DNA from: an uncultured delta proteobacterium
GTDB taxonomy: Bacteria > Myxococcota > Myxococcia > SLRQ01
Reading direction: 5' to 3'
NCBI GenBank assembly: GCA_963727485.1
Contig: CAVSGM010000009.1
Span: 128,001-192,000, forward strand
Length of the DNA stretch: 64,000 nucleotides
Positions 35,278 to 49,108 of this stretch are shown here, one piece after another. Made by a program: the position numbers and the translations under genes. Every line of letters begins with the position of its first letter. Positions within the stretch are counted from its first letter, which is position 1. Under the pieces are notes generated by a model. It was not told the origin of the DNA and made no database searches. It worked only from the letters and a program-made list of their open reading frames with translations.

Positions 35278-36285
35278 TCATGGGGCGCCGCCTCCGAGGG
35301 CCAGGACCGCCCGGTAGTCCGAGCGGCCACGGAGCGGCGCCAGGTCCGGGTCCTGGGCGATCTGCTTGACCTGGCTGTAGCCGTTGAGCACCGCCAGGCG
35401 CAGGTAGCGCACCGCCAGGACCGCCTGGTGGGTCTGGGCGTAGGCGCAGGCGAGGTTGTAGTAGGCATCGCCGATGTCGGGGTTGGCGGCGATGGACTTC
35501 TGGTACCAGCCCACCGCGGACTTCCAGTCCCGGCGCATGGCGTAGGTGACCCCGACGCCGTTGTAGCCCTCGGCGTAGGCCGGGTCCTTGGCGACGGCGG
35601 CGAGGAAGCGCTTGCGGGCCTCCTCGAAGCGCCCGCGCTGCATCAGGTCGAGGCCCGCCCGGGCGATGTCCATGGCCTGGGACCGGGCCTCGCCGGCGTG
35701 GCGCGGGTCGTAGGTCTCGGGGCCCGGGGCGGCGTCGGGAGCGGTGGCGTCGTCGGGAGCGGGGGGGCTGGCGCCATCGGGGTCGGGGGCCGGGCGGGCG
35801 GCCCCCTTCGCCCTGGGGCGGGCCCGGGCCCTGGCGGCCTTCCGGCTCGGGTGGCGCCGCGAGGGGAGGCGGGTGAGCACCACGCCCCCCTTGGCGCTGC
35901 GACCGACCACCTTGCAGCGCCCCACGTCGACGTGCACCGCCCCGGAGAGCCGGCCGCCCCGGCGCACCAGCATGGCGAAGCCCCAGGGCGCGCGGCCCTG
36001 GGGGCAGCCCGGGGCGCAGAGGCGCAGCTTCCCGGTGAGGTTCCCGAGGAGCAGGTCGCCGTCGAGGACCCGGGCGCCGGCGGCGAGGCCGCAGGTGCGG
36101 CTCCGGTGGACCAGGCGGCCGACCACGTGGGTGCCCTTGCGGGTGACGCGCATGGCCCCGGCCGGGCTCCGCCACAGGCCCCGGAGGGATCCGGCGGCCC
36201 GCGCCGACCGGGTCCCCAGCCCCGCGAAGGCGATCACCGAGGCAACGACGGCGAGGCGCACGGCGGTGGGGCGTCGCAAGATCAT
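35278..36285 (-). CDS. Exported TPR-containing protein
   Basis: Signal-peptide-like N-terminus; TPRs (AEGYNGVG, AYYNLACAYA); DPDL..LR C-terminal motif. Confidence 0.85.
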   Translation of the reverse strand: MILRRPTAVRLAVVASVIAFAGLGTRSARAAGSLRGLWRSPAGAMRVTRKGTHVVGRLVHRSRTCGLAAGARVLDGDLLLGNLTGKLRLCAPGCPQGRAPWGFAMLVRRGGRLSGAVHVDVGRCKVVGRSAKGGVVLTRLPSRRHPSRKAARARARPRAKGAARPAPDPDGASPPAPDDATAPDAAPGPETYDPRHAGEARSQAMDIARAGLDLMQRGRFEEARKRFLAAVAKDPAYAEGYNGVGVTYAMRRDWKSAVGWYQKSIAANPDIGDAYYNLACAYAQTHQAVLAVRYLRLAVLNGYSQVKQIAQDPDLAPLRGRSDYRAVLALGGGAP

Positions 36286-36291
36286 CGGGCC

Positions 36292-36320
36292 ACTCTACCA
36301 CGGGCGAGCAAAGCCGTAAA
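36292..36320 (-). promoter_or_regulatory. sigma70-type promoter, leaderless geometry
   Basis: TTTACG-N17-TAGAGT with TG extension, then 6 nt to the ATG at 36285. Confidence 0.6.
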
Positions 36321-36367
36321 AGCATGAAATAACTTGGGATTTCAGGCAGGACAGATCGCTTGGCGCC

Positions 36368-36397
36368 TTGACACCGCGATCCTGCGGCCCCTATAGT
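36368..36397 (+). promoter_or_regulatory. sigma70-type promoter of zapA-ssrS-ygfA-tyrS
   Basis: TTGACA-N18-TATAGT. Confidence 0.75.
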
Positions 36398-36409
36398 TTC
36401 CTCACGCTT

Positions 36410-36422
36410 CGTTCTTTGAAAC
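36410..36422 (+). promoter_or_regulatory. boxA-like element in the zapA leader
   Basis: CGTTCTTTGAAAC, 12/13 identical to the rrn spacer boxA at 45102-45114 (minus strand). Confidence 0.5.
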
Positions 36423-36427
36423 GGGAG

Positions 36428-36775
36428 ATGGTCTTGCAGCGGAGAGGGCGGCGCCTCGAGGTCAACGTGCTCGGACACCGGTACCCGGTGCGCTCCGCCG
36501 GGAGCCCGAGCGACGAGGCCCGGGTGGTGTCGGCGGCGCAGCTCCTCAACGATCGCATCGCCGAGATCCAGGGCGCCACCGGAGAGGTCGAGGGGCAGCA
36601 CCTCGCGGTGATGGCCGCCCTCTCGCTCGCCGATGACGTCATCGCCGCCCGCTCCAATCGCCAGCGCGATCGCGCCGACGACTCGGCCTTCCGCCTGGCG
36701 GTCCGCGAGCGCTCCGAGAAGCTCCTCGAGCTGGTCGAGGCCGAGCTCGAGGCCCGGGTGAGCGCCGCCGGTTAG
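36428..36775 (+). CDS. zapA: Cell division protein ZapA
   Basis: VNVLGHRY.VRS...LAVMAALSLADD plus coiled coil; classic position before 6S RNA. Confidence 0.9.
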   Translation: MVLQRRGRRLEVNVLGHRYPVRSAGSPSDEARVVSAAQLLNDRIAEIQGATGEVEGQHLAVMAALSLADDVIAARSNRQRDRADDSAFRLAVRERSEKLLELVEAELEARVSAAG

Positions 36776-36794
36776 ATCCCCGTCTCCTTCCAAT

Positions 36795-36980
36795 TTCCCT
36801 GCCGGGCCCGTGATGGGCTATTGAAATCCGAGCCGATAAAATCGAACTGGGAAGGTTCCCTGGGGCGTGTTGAGCAAGCCCTGGACTTCGTTCCAGAAGG
36901 AAGCCTGGAACGCCCCATCAGCCTACCCACCTGGTGAGCCAGGGTTCGGTTGACATAGGCCACACGACCCGGCGGGGACC
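36795..36980 (+). ncRNA. ssrS: 6S RNA
   Basis: About 185 nt between zapA and ygfA. The ends pair (CCCTGCCGGG/CCCGGCGGGG, CCGAGCC/GGTTCGG) around an A-rich central bubble (GATAAAATCGAAC). Confidence 0.9.
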
Positions 36981-37024
36981 TTTTTCTGGCTGACGACCCG
37001 GCGCCCGTGTCGAGCGCGTCCCCG

Positions 37025-37621
37025 ATGGAACTCAAGACGCAGCTCCGCGCGCGCCTCCTCGACCGCCGGCGCGCCCTCGACCCGGAGACGGTGCGGCGGG
37101 CCTCGGCGCTCGCGTGCACCCGCCTGGCCGCCCTCCCCGAGTGGGCCGCCGCCGGGACCGTGGCCCTCTACGTGGGCTGGCGGGGCGAGGCCGATCCCCT
37201 GCCCCTCCTCGACGCCGCCGGCGGTCGGCGGGTGGCGCTCCCGGTGATCGCCCCTGGGGAGGAGCTCCTGCGTTTCTACGCGGTGGACGGCGCCGCCGAC
37301 CTGGCCCCCGGGGCCTTCGGGATCCCGGCGCCGGTCCCCGAGGCGGCGCGCGCGGTGGCCGCCGCCGACCTCGACCTGGTGGTGGTCCCCGGGGTCGCCT
37401 TCGACGCCGAGGGCCGGCGCCTGGGGCTCGGCCGCGGCTACTACGACCGCCTCCTCGCCGCGGCGCCCCGGGCCCTTCGGGTGGGCTTCGCCTTCGAGTG
37501 GCAGCTGGTGGCCTCGGTCCCGGTGGAGGCCCACGACCTGTCCATGGACCTGGTGGTCACCGAAGGATCGGTGTTGCGCCCCTCCCGGGCTTCTGACAGG
37601 ACAGGGGCATGGCGAACGTAG
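37025..37621 (+). CDS. ygfA: 5-formyltetrahydrofolate cyclo-ligase
   Basis: DLVVVPGVAFD..G.RLG.G.GYYDR and HDLSMD motifs. Confidence 0.93.
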   Translation: MELKTQLRARLLDRRRALDPETVRRASALACTRLAALPEWAAAGTVALYVGWRGEADPLPLLDAAGGRRVALPVIAPGEELLRFYAVDGAADLAPGAFGIPAPVPEAARAVAAADLDLVVVPGVAFDAEGRRLGLGRGYYDRLLAAAPRALRVGFAFEWQLVASVPVEAHDLSMDLVVTEGSVLRPSRASDRTGAWRT

Positions 37622-38865
37622 ACGTGAAGCAGGCGACGGTGGACGAGCAGCTCCGGGAGCTCACCCGGGGCGCGGTGGATCTTCACACCGAGGACCGGCT
37701 CCGGTCCCTCCTCGAGACCTGCCAGAAGGAGGGCCGGGCCCTGCGGGTGAAGGCGGGCTTCGATCCCACCGCCCCCGACCTCCACCTCGGCCACACCGTG
37801 GTCCTCACCCGGATGCGCCGGTTCCAGAAGTACGGCCACCAGGTGATCTTCGTCATCGGCGACTTCACCGCGCGCATCGGCAATCCCACGGGGAAGAGCG
37901 CCACCCGTCCCGCCCTCGACGACGAGGCCATCCGCCGCAACGCCGAGACCTTCAAGACCCAGGTGTTCAAGGTCCTCGACCCCAAGCGCACCGAGGTCCG
38001 CTTCAACTCCGAGTGGCTCGACGGCCTCGGCGCCACCGGCGTCATCCGGCTGGCCGCCCGCTACACCGTGGCCCGGATGCTGGAGCGCGACGACTTCAAG
38101 AAGCGCTACAAGAGCGGCACCCCCATCTCGGTCCACGAGTTCCTCTACCCCCTGATGCAGGCCTACGACTCGGTGGCGCTGCGCGCCGACGTGGAGCTCG
38201 GGGGCACCGACCAGCTCTTCAACCTGCTGGTCGGCCGCGAGATCATGCGCGACTACGACCTCCCGCCCCAGTGCGTGATCACCGGGCCGCTCCTCGAGGG
38301 CACCGACGCCCGGCTGGTCGACGGCAAGCTGGTGGGCGAGAAGATGTCCAAGTCGCTGGGCAACTACGTGGGCATCGACGAGTCGGCCGAGGAGATCTAC
38401 GGCAAGCTGATGAGCATCTCCGACGACCTGATGTGGCGGTACTACGAGCTGCTCTCCGAGCGACCCCTCGACGCGCTCGCGGACCTCAAGGCCGACGTCG
38501 CCGCCGGGAAGGTCCACCCCAAGGCCGCCAAGGACGCCCTGGGCCGGGAGCTCGCCGCCCGCTACCACGACCCCGAAGCCGCCGAGGCCGCCGCCGAGGC
38601 CTTCGAGAAGGTCCACGCCCGGCGGGAGCTCCCCGACGAGATCCCCGAGCGCAGCTACCCCTTCGAGGGAGGCGCGGCGCTCCTCGCCGGCGTCCTCGCC
38701 GACCTGGGGATGGTGGGCTCCAAGAACGAGGGCCGGCGCCTCATCAAGCAGGGGGGCGTCCGGGTCGACGGCGAGCGGGTCGCCGAGCCCACCGCCGAGC
38801 TCCCGGCCGGCGAGCACCTCCTCCAGGTGGGCAAGCGCAAGTTCATGAAGGTCCGGCCAGGATGA
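37609..38865 (+). CDS. tyrS: Tyrosine--tRNA ligase
   Basis: GFDPTAPDLHLGH, YPLMQAYD, GGTDQLFN, KMSKS, C-terminal S4 domain. Confidence 0.98.
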   Translation: MANVDVKQATVDEQLRELTRGAVDLHTEDRLRSLLETCQKEGRALRVKAGFDPTAPDLHLGHTVVLTRMRRFQKYGHQVIFVIGDFTARIGNPTGKSATRPALDDEAIRRNAETFKTQVFKVLDPKRTEVRFNSEWLDGLGATGVIRLAARYTVARMLERDDFKKRYKSGTPISVHEFLYPLMQAYDSVALRADVELGGTDQLFNLLVGREIMRDYDLPPQCVITGPLLEGTDARLVDGKLVGEKMSKSLGNYVGIDESAEEIYGKLMSISDDLMWRYYELLSERPLDALADLKADVAAGKVHPKAAKDALGRELAARYHDPEAAEAAAEAFEKVHARRELPDEIPERSYPFEGGAALLAGVLADLGMVGSKNEGRRLIKQGGVRVDGERVAEPTAELPAGEHLLQVGKRKFMKVRPG

Positions 38866-40313
38866 GCGCGCCGGCCCCGGCCCTCCTCCTCGTCGCCCGC
38901 CGCGCCGAGGAGAGCCTGGAGGAGCTGGTGCCCCTGGTCCGGGCGGTCCGCGAGGCCTGTGGCCTCGAGGCGCCCCCGACCCTCTCGCTCCACTACCGCA
39001 CCCGGACCCGGACCCTGGCCCTGGGGATCGCAGGCGCGCTCCCCGGCGGCCCCAAGGGCGTGGCCCGGAGCATCCTCGCCGGCTGGCGCGGGACCTGGCG
39101 GCTCCAGGCGGTGGCGCCCCCGGCCGAGGCGGTGGCCGGCCTCCTGGCGCCCTTCGACCTGGTGATCCCCGAGATCCTCGACACCCTCGGTGCCCTGGCG
39201 CGGCTCCAGGAGGCCGCCTCGGCGGCGCGCCCGGAGCGTCGCCGCGGGCGCCGATTTCCGGCGGGCACCCTCGACGCACGCTTCGACGCGGGCGGCCGGA
39301 GCCATGCGGGCCCCGTCTGGGATCTGTCCACCGGCGGGTGCTTCGTGGCCCTCGAGCCCCCACCGCCGCCCGTGGGCGAGGTGGTGCGCCTGGTCCTCAC
39401 CTCCGGCCCCGGCGCCGAGGCGCGCGCCGAGGTCGAGGCGCGGGTGGTCTTCCACCTCCCCGAGAGCCGGGCCGCCGCCTTCGACCGGGCCCCGGGGGTG
39501 GGCCTTCACTTCGTGGGGGTCTCCGCGGCCGCCCGGGCGGTCCTCACCGAGGTCATCGGCCGCGCCGCCGAGGCCCGCGGCGCCCAGGGACCCGGGCGGC
39601 GCCTCGAGGCCCGGCTGCCGGTCACCCTCACCGTGACCCTGAAGACCGACGCCGGCGTCGTCGAGTGCCGCGCCCGAAACCTCTCGACCGGGGGCCTCTT
39701 CGTGGCCACCGACGATCCGCAGGTCCCCGGGACCCCGGTGGAGGTCCGCCTCGAGCTCCCCGGCGAGCCCCTGCCCCTGACCCTCCCGGCCACCGTGCGC
39801 CACCTGGTGCCGCCGGGGGACGACGCCGGCCGCCCCCCGGGCGCCGGCCTCGCCTTCGGCGCCCTCACCGACGACGTCCGCGCCCGCCTCGACGCCTACC
39901 TCACCGATCTCGGCCGTCGCCACGGCGCCCGGATCCTGGTCGTGGACGACACGGCCTTCTTCCGGACCGTGCTCACCGACCTCCTCACCGGGGCCGGCTA
40001 CGAGGTCCTCCAGGCAGAGACCGCCGAGGCCGCCTTCCAGGTCGTCGCCGAGGAGATCCTCACCCTCGACCTCCTGGTCCTCGATGTCAGCCTCCCGGGC
40101 ATGTCCGGGGTCGACCTCCTGGGGCGGATCCGCCGCCTCGGGGGCGAGACCGAGCTTCCGGTGCTGGTCCTCTCGGGGACGGTGACCGATACCGAAGCGC
40201 AGGCAGCCATCCGGGCCGTGGGCGCCACCGCCTTCCTCTCCAAGGCCGAGGATCCCACGACAATCCTGGACACCGTGGACGGTCTGCTGGCGGCGATCCC
40301 CCGGGAGCCATGA
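38862..40313 (+). CDS. Tandem PilZ + receiver domain protein
   Basis: Two PilZ motif sets (RRGRR/DLSTGG and RLEAR/NLSTGG); C-terminal receiver ILVVDD...VLDV...LSK. Confidence 0.87.
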   Translation: MSAPAPALLLVARRAEESLEELVPLVRAVREACGLEAPPTLSLHYRTRTRTLALGIAGALPGGPKGVARSILAGWRGTWRLQAVAPPAEAVAGLLAPFDLVIPEILDTLGALARLQEAASAARPERRRGRRFPAGTLDARFDAGGRSHAGPVWDLSTGGCFVALEPPPPPVGEVVRLVLTSGPGAEARAEVEARVVFHLPESRAAAFDRAPGVGLHFVGVSAAARAVLTEVIGRAAEARGAQGPGRRLEARLPVTLTVTLKTDAGVVECRARNLSTGGLFVATDDPQVPGTPVEVRLELPGEPLPLTLPATVRHLVPPGDDAGRPPGAGLAFGALTDDVRARLDAYLTDLGRRHGARILVVDDTAFFRTVLTDLLTGAGYEVLQAETAEAAFQVVAEEILTLDLLVLDVSLPGMSGVDLLGRIRRLGGETELPVLVLSGTVTDTEAQAAIRAVGATAFLSKAEDPTTILDTVDGLLAAIPREP

Positions 40314-40334
40314 CGCCCGTCGCCGGGCGCCCCG

Positions 40335-40955
40335 CTAGCCCTCCGCCGACCCCGCGGCGCCCCGGAAGCCGGTCGCCACCAGGTAGCACTCCCGGCTCCG
40401 GCTCCGCACCGCGTCCGGCCGCTCGATGCGCACATGGGCGAAGCGCCCCTTGAGGTCGGCGACGAGCTCCTCGAACCCGGCGCCCATGAACACCTTGGCC
40501 ACCAGGTTGCCCCCGGGACGCAGGACGTCCCCGACGACCTCCACCACCCGCTCCACCAGGACATGCGACCGAGCCACGTCGGTGGCATGGGCGCCGGTCG
40601 TCTTGGGCGCCATGTCGCTGACGACCAGGTCGAAGCGCCCCGGGTGCACCTCGGCCAGGCGACCCTCGAGCCCGGGCTCCAGGGCGTCCCCCACCAGGGT
40701 GCTCACCCCGGGGAGGCCCAGGTCCGCGATGGGGGTGAGGTCCACCCCCACCACCTGGCCCTTCGGCCCCACCACCTCATGAAGCACCTGGAGGAAGCCC
40801 CCAGGCGCCGCGCCCAGGTCCAGCGCCGCCCCACCCCGGCGGACCAGCCGGTGCTTCCGGCAAATCTCCTGGAGCTTGAAGGCCGACCGGGCCCGGTAGC
40901 CCTCCGCCTTGGCCTTGCGGAAGAAGCGGTCCTTCGGATTGAATGGCTTGGACAC
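40335..40955 (-). CDS. rlmE: 23S rRNA Um2552 methyltransferase
   Basis: GYRARSAFKL, DLGAAPGG, SDMAP, K.F.G and SRECY motifs. Confidence 0.95.
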   Translation of the reverse strand: MSKPFNPKDRFFRKAKAEGYRARSAFKLQEICRKHRLVRRGGAALDLGAAPGGFLQVLHEVVGPKGQVVGVDLTPIADLGLPGVSTLVGDALEPGLEGRLAEVHPGRFDLVVSDMAPKTTGAHATDVARSHVLVERVVEVVGDVLRPGGNLVAKVFMGAGFEELVADLKGRFAHVRIERPDAVRSRSRECYLVATGFRGAAGSAEG

Positions 40956-40985
40956 GGGCGCAGTCTAGCGCCCGGCCCCTGACCG

Positions 40986-41366
40986 ATGACAGCCCCCAGC
41001 AGCCACCGCGCCCACATGGCCGTCCTCATCGCCGGGTTCCTCGGCCTCGCCGGCGGTGCGGCGCTCATCGTCAACGCCAGCATCTCCGTGGACCATGCCC
41101 TCGAGCGGGCCCGTCACCAGGGGCGCCTCGCGGTGGCCCAGGGGATCGCCTTCGTGGACCAGCCCGCGCTCGGCGCCGCCGAGGCCGAGCGCGCCCACCT
41201 CGCCGCCCGGCGCGCCGCCTACCACCAGGCCGCCGCCGCCGAGCGCAACCGGGGACTGGGCGTGCTCCTGGCCCTCGCCGGCCTGGTCACCGCCACCACC
41301 GGCTACGTCCTCGACCACTTGCAGCGCAACGTCGCCGACCTCGAGGCGATGCGCGCCTTCGAGTAG
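40986..41366 (+). CDS. Hypothetical membrane protein (two TM segments)
   Basis: GC3-rich codons and two hydrophobic segments; fills the gap between rlmE and the rrn terminator. Confidence 0.65.
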   Translation: MTAPSSHRAHMAVLIAGFLGLAGGAALIVNASISVDHALERARHQGRLAVAQGIAFVDQPALGAAEAERAHLAARRAAYHQAAAAERNRGLGVLLALAGLVTATTGYVLDHLQRNVADLEAMRAFE

Positions 41367-41389
41367 CGGCGCCAACCGCCCGACGGACG

Positions 41390-41424
41390 AAAAAAGCCCC
41401 GCGAACCCGAAGGTTCGCGGGGCT
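41390..41424 (-). terminator. Intrinsic terminator of the rRNA operon
   Basis: Perfect stem AGCCCCGCGAACC/GGTTCGCGGGGCT with a TTCG loop and T6 tail on the minus strand. Confidence 0.92.
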
Positions 41425-41432
41425 GGAAAGAA

Positions 41433-41548
<116 letters not shown>

Positions 41549-41703
41549 ATCCTGGAGTCGCAACGCGACCCACTTAAGACTTCCGCATACGAAATGGCAT
41601 CGCCACGCGCTTTGTGCATGGACTCACTACGCAGTGGTCCAGGTCATCAGATGACCTCGACCTCGACCTCGACCCTTCTCTGCCGCAAGACAGGAAAAGG
41701 GAA

Positions 41704-44697
<2,994 letters not shown>

Positions 44698-44900
44698 TAT
44701 CTCTTCCCTGCCGTCTCCGGCCGAAACCGGTGCGACAGACAGGGTCAAGGTCGAGGTCCAGGCCAGCTTGAAGCTGGACCCAAACCTCATCACCGCGTGT
44801 GAGTATCCACACACAAAACGCTACTGTTACTTCTCGGCGATGCCATTCGTATGCGAATTTCAATGAGCGTCCAGGGACCTGGTGATCCCTTGGAGAAATG

Positions 44901-44973
44901 TGGAGCTGATCGGGTTCGAACCGACGACTTCCTGCTTGCAAAGCAGGCGCTCTCCCAGCTGAGCTACAGCCCC
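44901..44973 (-). tRNA. tRNA-Ala(TGC), CCA not encoded
   Basis: GGGGCTGTAGCTCAGCTGGGAGAGCG...TTGCAAG...GGTTCGAACCC...GCTCCA. Confidence 0.97.
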
Positions 44974-44979
44974 TCGAGA

Positions 44980-45056
<77 letters not shown>

Positions 45057-45101
45057 GAAGCTCGAAAGCGGGAAAGCTACCGCTCCATGAGACGCTAAAA
45101 G

Positions 45102-45114
45102 GTTTCAAAGAGCG
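45102..45114 (-). promoter_or_regulatory. rrn spacer boxA antitermination element
   Basis: CGCTCTTTGAAAC. Related copies occur in the rrn leader (46929-46941) and before 23S (44857-44870). Confidence 0.7.
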
Positions 45115-45230
45115 CGCGACCGATCTCGCCTGGTGGCGAGGCCTCGCTCCCTCAAAACTAGACAGCGAACCCATTCCGTACGTTCAGGTTGACCTAGGTG
45201 GTCAGGACCGGCCCGAAGACCTGTCCGAGA

Positions 45231-46800
<1,570 letters not shown>

Positions 46801-46978
46801 GATTTCAATCGGATGAGTCTATCCTTCAAGTGACTCAAGCCATGCAGCCAGGCTATTGGTGGCTACATGACCGGATGGTCTACTTCAAAGGAAGTTGACC
46901 GAACGCACTTCACAGGTTCGCTATCTAGATTTCAAGGAACGAAGCCGGGCTGCTTGAACCCCGCTCAAGGAAGCCGGC

Positions 46979-47006
46979 AATCTACTCGGATTCCGCGGGG
47001 TGTCAA
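46979..47006 (-). promoter_or_regulatory. Proximal rrn promoter
   Basis: TTGACA-N16-TAGATT, GC-rich discriminator, upstream A-tract. Confidence 0.8.
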
Positions 47007-47158
47007 GCCTACCCTCGCACTTTTTTTCGGGCCCCTGGGGGCCCGTGGGCCAGGGCCCGTACGGGGGGCTCGGAGCACCTCCGGGGAGGTCCTTCGAGCG
47101 GCTCGGCGATTCAGCTTCAGAGAACGTCGTGGCGATCGACATCGCCAACGGGAGGCGG

Positions 47159-47188
47159 CTTATAGGCCGGGTCCCCAAAGACCGTCAA
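47159..47188 (-). promoter_or_regulatory. Distal rrn promoter
   Basis: TTGACG-N18-TATAAG, preceded by an A6 tract. Confidence 0.65.
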
Positions 47189-47417
47189 CCCGTTTTTTCA
47201 GTTCCTGGAGATTGGGGCCGCCGGGGCCCGCGCGCAAGGGCAAACATCGGCCCAAGTGCCCGGAATCTCATGGGCACGATCCCCGCCCCGGCCCCGAGGC
47301 CCCGGTGGCGCCTCCAGCGCCCGTCACCGGGTCCGCGGGCCCCGTTTCGACGATTTGCGCGATCCCGGCGATCGCTGGGGCCGATCCGGGGACCTCTCCG
47401 CCCCCCCGGGGGCCGAT

Positions 47418-48038
47418 CTACCCCTCGGCGAGGACCCGGGCCACCTCGGGGCGGGCGCGGCGGAGGCGCTCGGCGCGGACGATCGCCTCGAGATCGCTGA
47501 AGGCGGTGTCGAGGTCGTCGTTGACCACCACGAAGTCGTAGCCGTCGAGCCCCCGGCGCACCTCGGCGCGGGCGGCGGCGAGGCGCCGGGCGATGGCCGC
47601 CTCGGACTCGGTGCGCCGGTCGCGCAGGCGCCGCTCGAGCTCGGCCATGGACGGCGGCACCACCAGCACCGTCGCCGCGTCGGCGTAGCGGGCCTTGATC
47701 TGCTCGCCGCCCTGCACGTCGATGTCGAAGATCACCACCCGGCCGGCGTCGAGGTTCAGGTCGATGACCGACCGGGGGGTGCCGTAGCGCCGCCCGTGGA
47801 CCTCTGCCCACTCGACGAACTCCCCGGCGTCAATCATCCGCGTGAAGGTCGCGTCGTCGACGTAGAAGTAGTCGACGCCATCGCGCTCGGCCCCCCGGGG
47901 CGCGCGGGTGGTGTAGGAGATGCTGAAGACGCAGTCGTCGTGGGTGTCGACCAGGCGCCGCGCCAGGGTGGTCTTCCCGGCGCCCGAGGGCGCGGAGAGC
48001 ACCAGGAGCAGCCCGGGGCGCCTGGCCGCGTCACTCAA
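47418..48038 (-). CDS. gmk: Guanylate kinase
   Basis: SAPSGAGKTT, SISYTTRAPR, EWAEVHG..YGT, DIDVQG. Confidence 0.97.
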   Translation of the reverse strand: MSDAARRPGLLLVLSAPSGAGKTTLARRLVDTHDDCVFSISYTTRAPRGAERDGVDYFYVDDATFTRMIDAGEFVEWAEVHGRRYGTPRSVIDLNLDAGRVVIFDIDVQGGEQIKARYADAATVLVVPPSMAELERRLRDRRTESEAAIARRLAAARAEVRRGLDGYDFVVVNDDLDTAFSDLEAIVRAERLRRARPEVARVLAEG

Positions 48039-48909
48039 GGTTCTGCACCTGCTCGCGGACCCGCTCGAGCTCGGCCTTCAGCTCCACCACCCGCTCGGCA
48101 ATCCCGGTGCTCTGGCTCTTGGCGCCGATGGTGTTCACCTCGCGGTTCATCTCCTGCACCAGGAAGTCGAGCTTGCGGCCCACCGCCCCGTCGCCGGCGA
48201 GGAGCTCCCGGAAGTGGCCCAGGTGGCTGCGCAGCCGGGTCACCTCCTCGGCCACGTCGGACTTGTCGGCGAGGATCGCGATCTCCCCGGCGAGACGCCC
48301 GGGGTCGACCTCGACGCCCTCGGCGAGCTCGGCGATCCGGGTCTCCATCCGCGCCCGCCAGGCCTCCAGGGCCTTGGGCGCCTCGGCCTCGACCTCCACG
48401 ACCCAGGCCTCGATGCGCGCGAGGCGCGCCTCGAGATCCGAGGCCAGGGCCTCGCCCTCGCGGGCGCGCATGGCCACCAGCTGCTCGAGGGCGGCGTCGA
48501 GGGCCCCGGCCACCACGTTCCCCACCCGCTCGAGATCGATCTCCGCGTCGCCGAGGGTGATCACCCCCTCGGCCTCGGCGAGGTCCCGCAGGGTCGGCCG
48601 GCCTTCGAGGCCGAGGGCCGTGGCCAGCTCCTCGAGGCGGGCGAGATGGTCCCGGGCCAGGGAGAGATCGAGGCGCACCCGGCCCGCCCCCGGGGCGGTG
48701 CCGGTGCGCCGGAGGCTCACCTCGCAGGCCCCGCGCTCGAGGCGCCCCTTTACCCGGGCGACCACCATGGGCTCGAGGCCGGCGAGCTCCCGGGGGAGCC
48801 TGGCCTTCACGTCGCAGTAGCGGTGGTTCACCGACCGCAGCTCCACGACCACCGCCTCGCCGTCGGCCTCTGCCGAGGAGGCCCCGAAGCCGGTCATCGA
48901 GTGCGCCAT
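48031..48909 (-). CDS. yicC: YicC/YloC-family endoribonuclease
   Basis: SMTGFG, ELRSVNHRY, GRKLDFLVQEMNREVNTIGAK, REQVQNLE. Confidence 0.95.
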   Translation of the reverse strand: MAHSMTGFGASSAEADGEAVVVELRSVNHRYCDVKARLPRELAGLEPMVVARVKGRLERGACEVSLRRTGTAPGAGRVRLDLSLARDHLARLEELATALGLEGRPTLRDLAEAEGVITLGDAEIDLERVGNVVAGALDAALEQLVAMRAREGEALASDLEARLARIEAWVVEVEAEAPKALEAWRARMETRIAELAEGVEVDPGRLAGEIAILADKSDVAEEVTRLRSHLGHFRELLAGDGAVGRKLDFLVQEMNREVNTIGAKSQSTGIAERVVELKAELERVREQVQNLE

Positions 48910-49082
48910 CAGTCGCCGAGCGCCTTGGCTTCCTCGATCAGCATGACCGGGATGCCATCCTCGATGGGGTAGACCAGGGCACAGGCCCGGCACACGATCT
49001 CGCCCGCGTCCTCGCGGAACTCGAGCTCGCCCCTGCATTTGGGGCAGGCGAGGATCTCCTTGAGCGCCTCGTCCAGGGCCAT
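48909..49082 (-). CDS. Trm112-family (YcaR-like) protein
   Basis: LACPKCRGEL...C..C...YPIEDGIPVML. Confidence 0.92.
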   Translation of the reverse strand: MALDEALKEILACPKCRGELEFREDAGEIVCRACALVYPIEDGIPVMLIEEAKALGD

Positions 49083-49108
49083 GGCGTGCCGTCCCTCCTT
49101 GGGAGCGG

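Noticed and set aside
41653..41675. GACCTC x3 as an independent microsatellite
   Set aside because: Explained by pairing with the 23S 5' flank as part of the processing stem.
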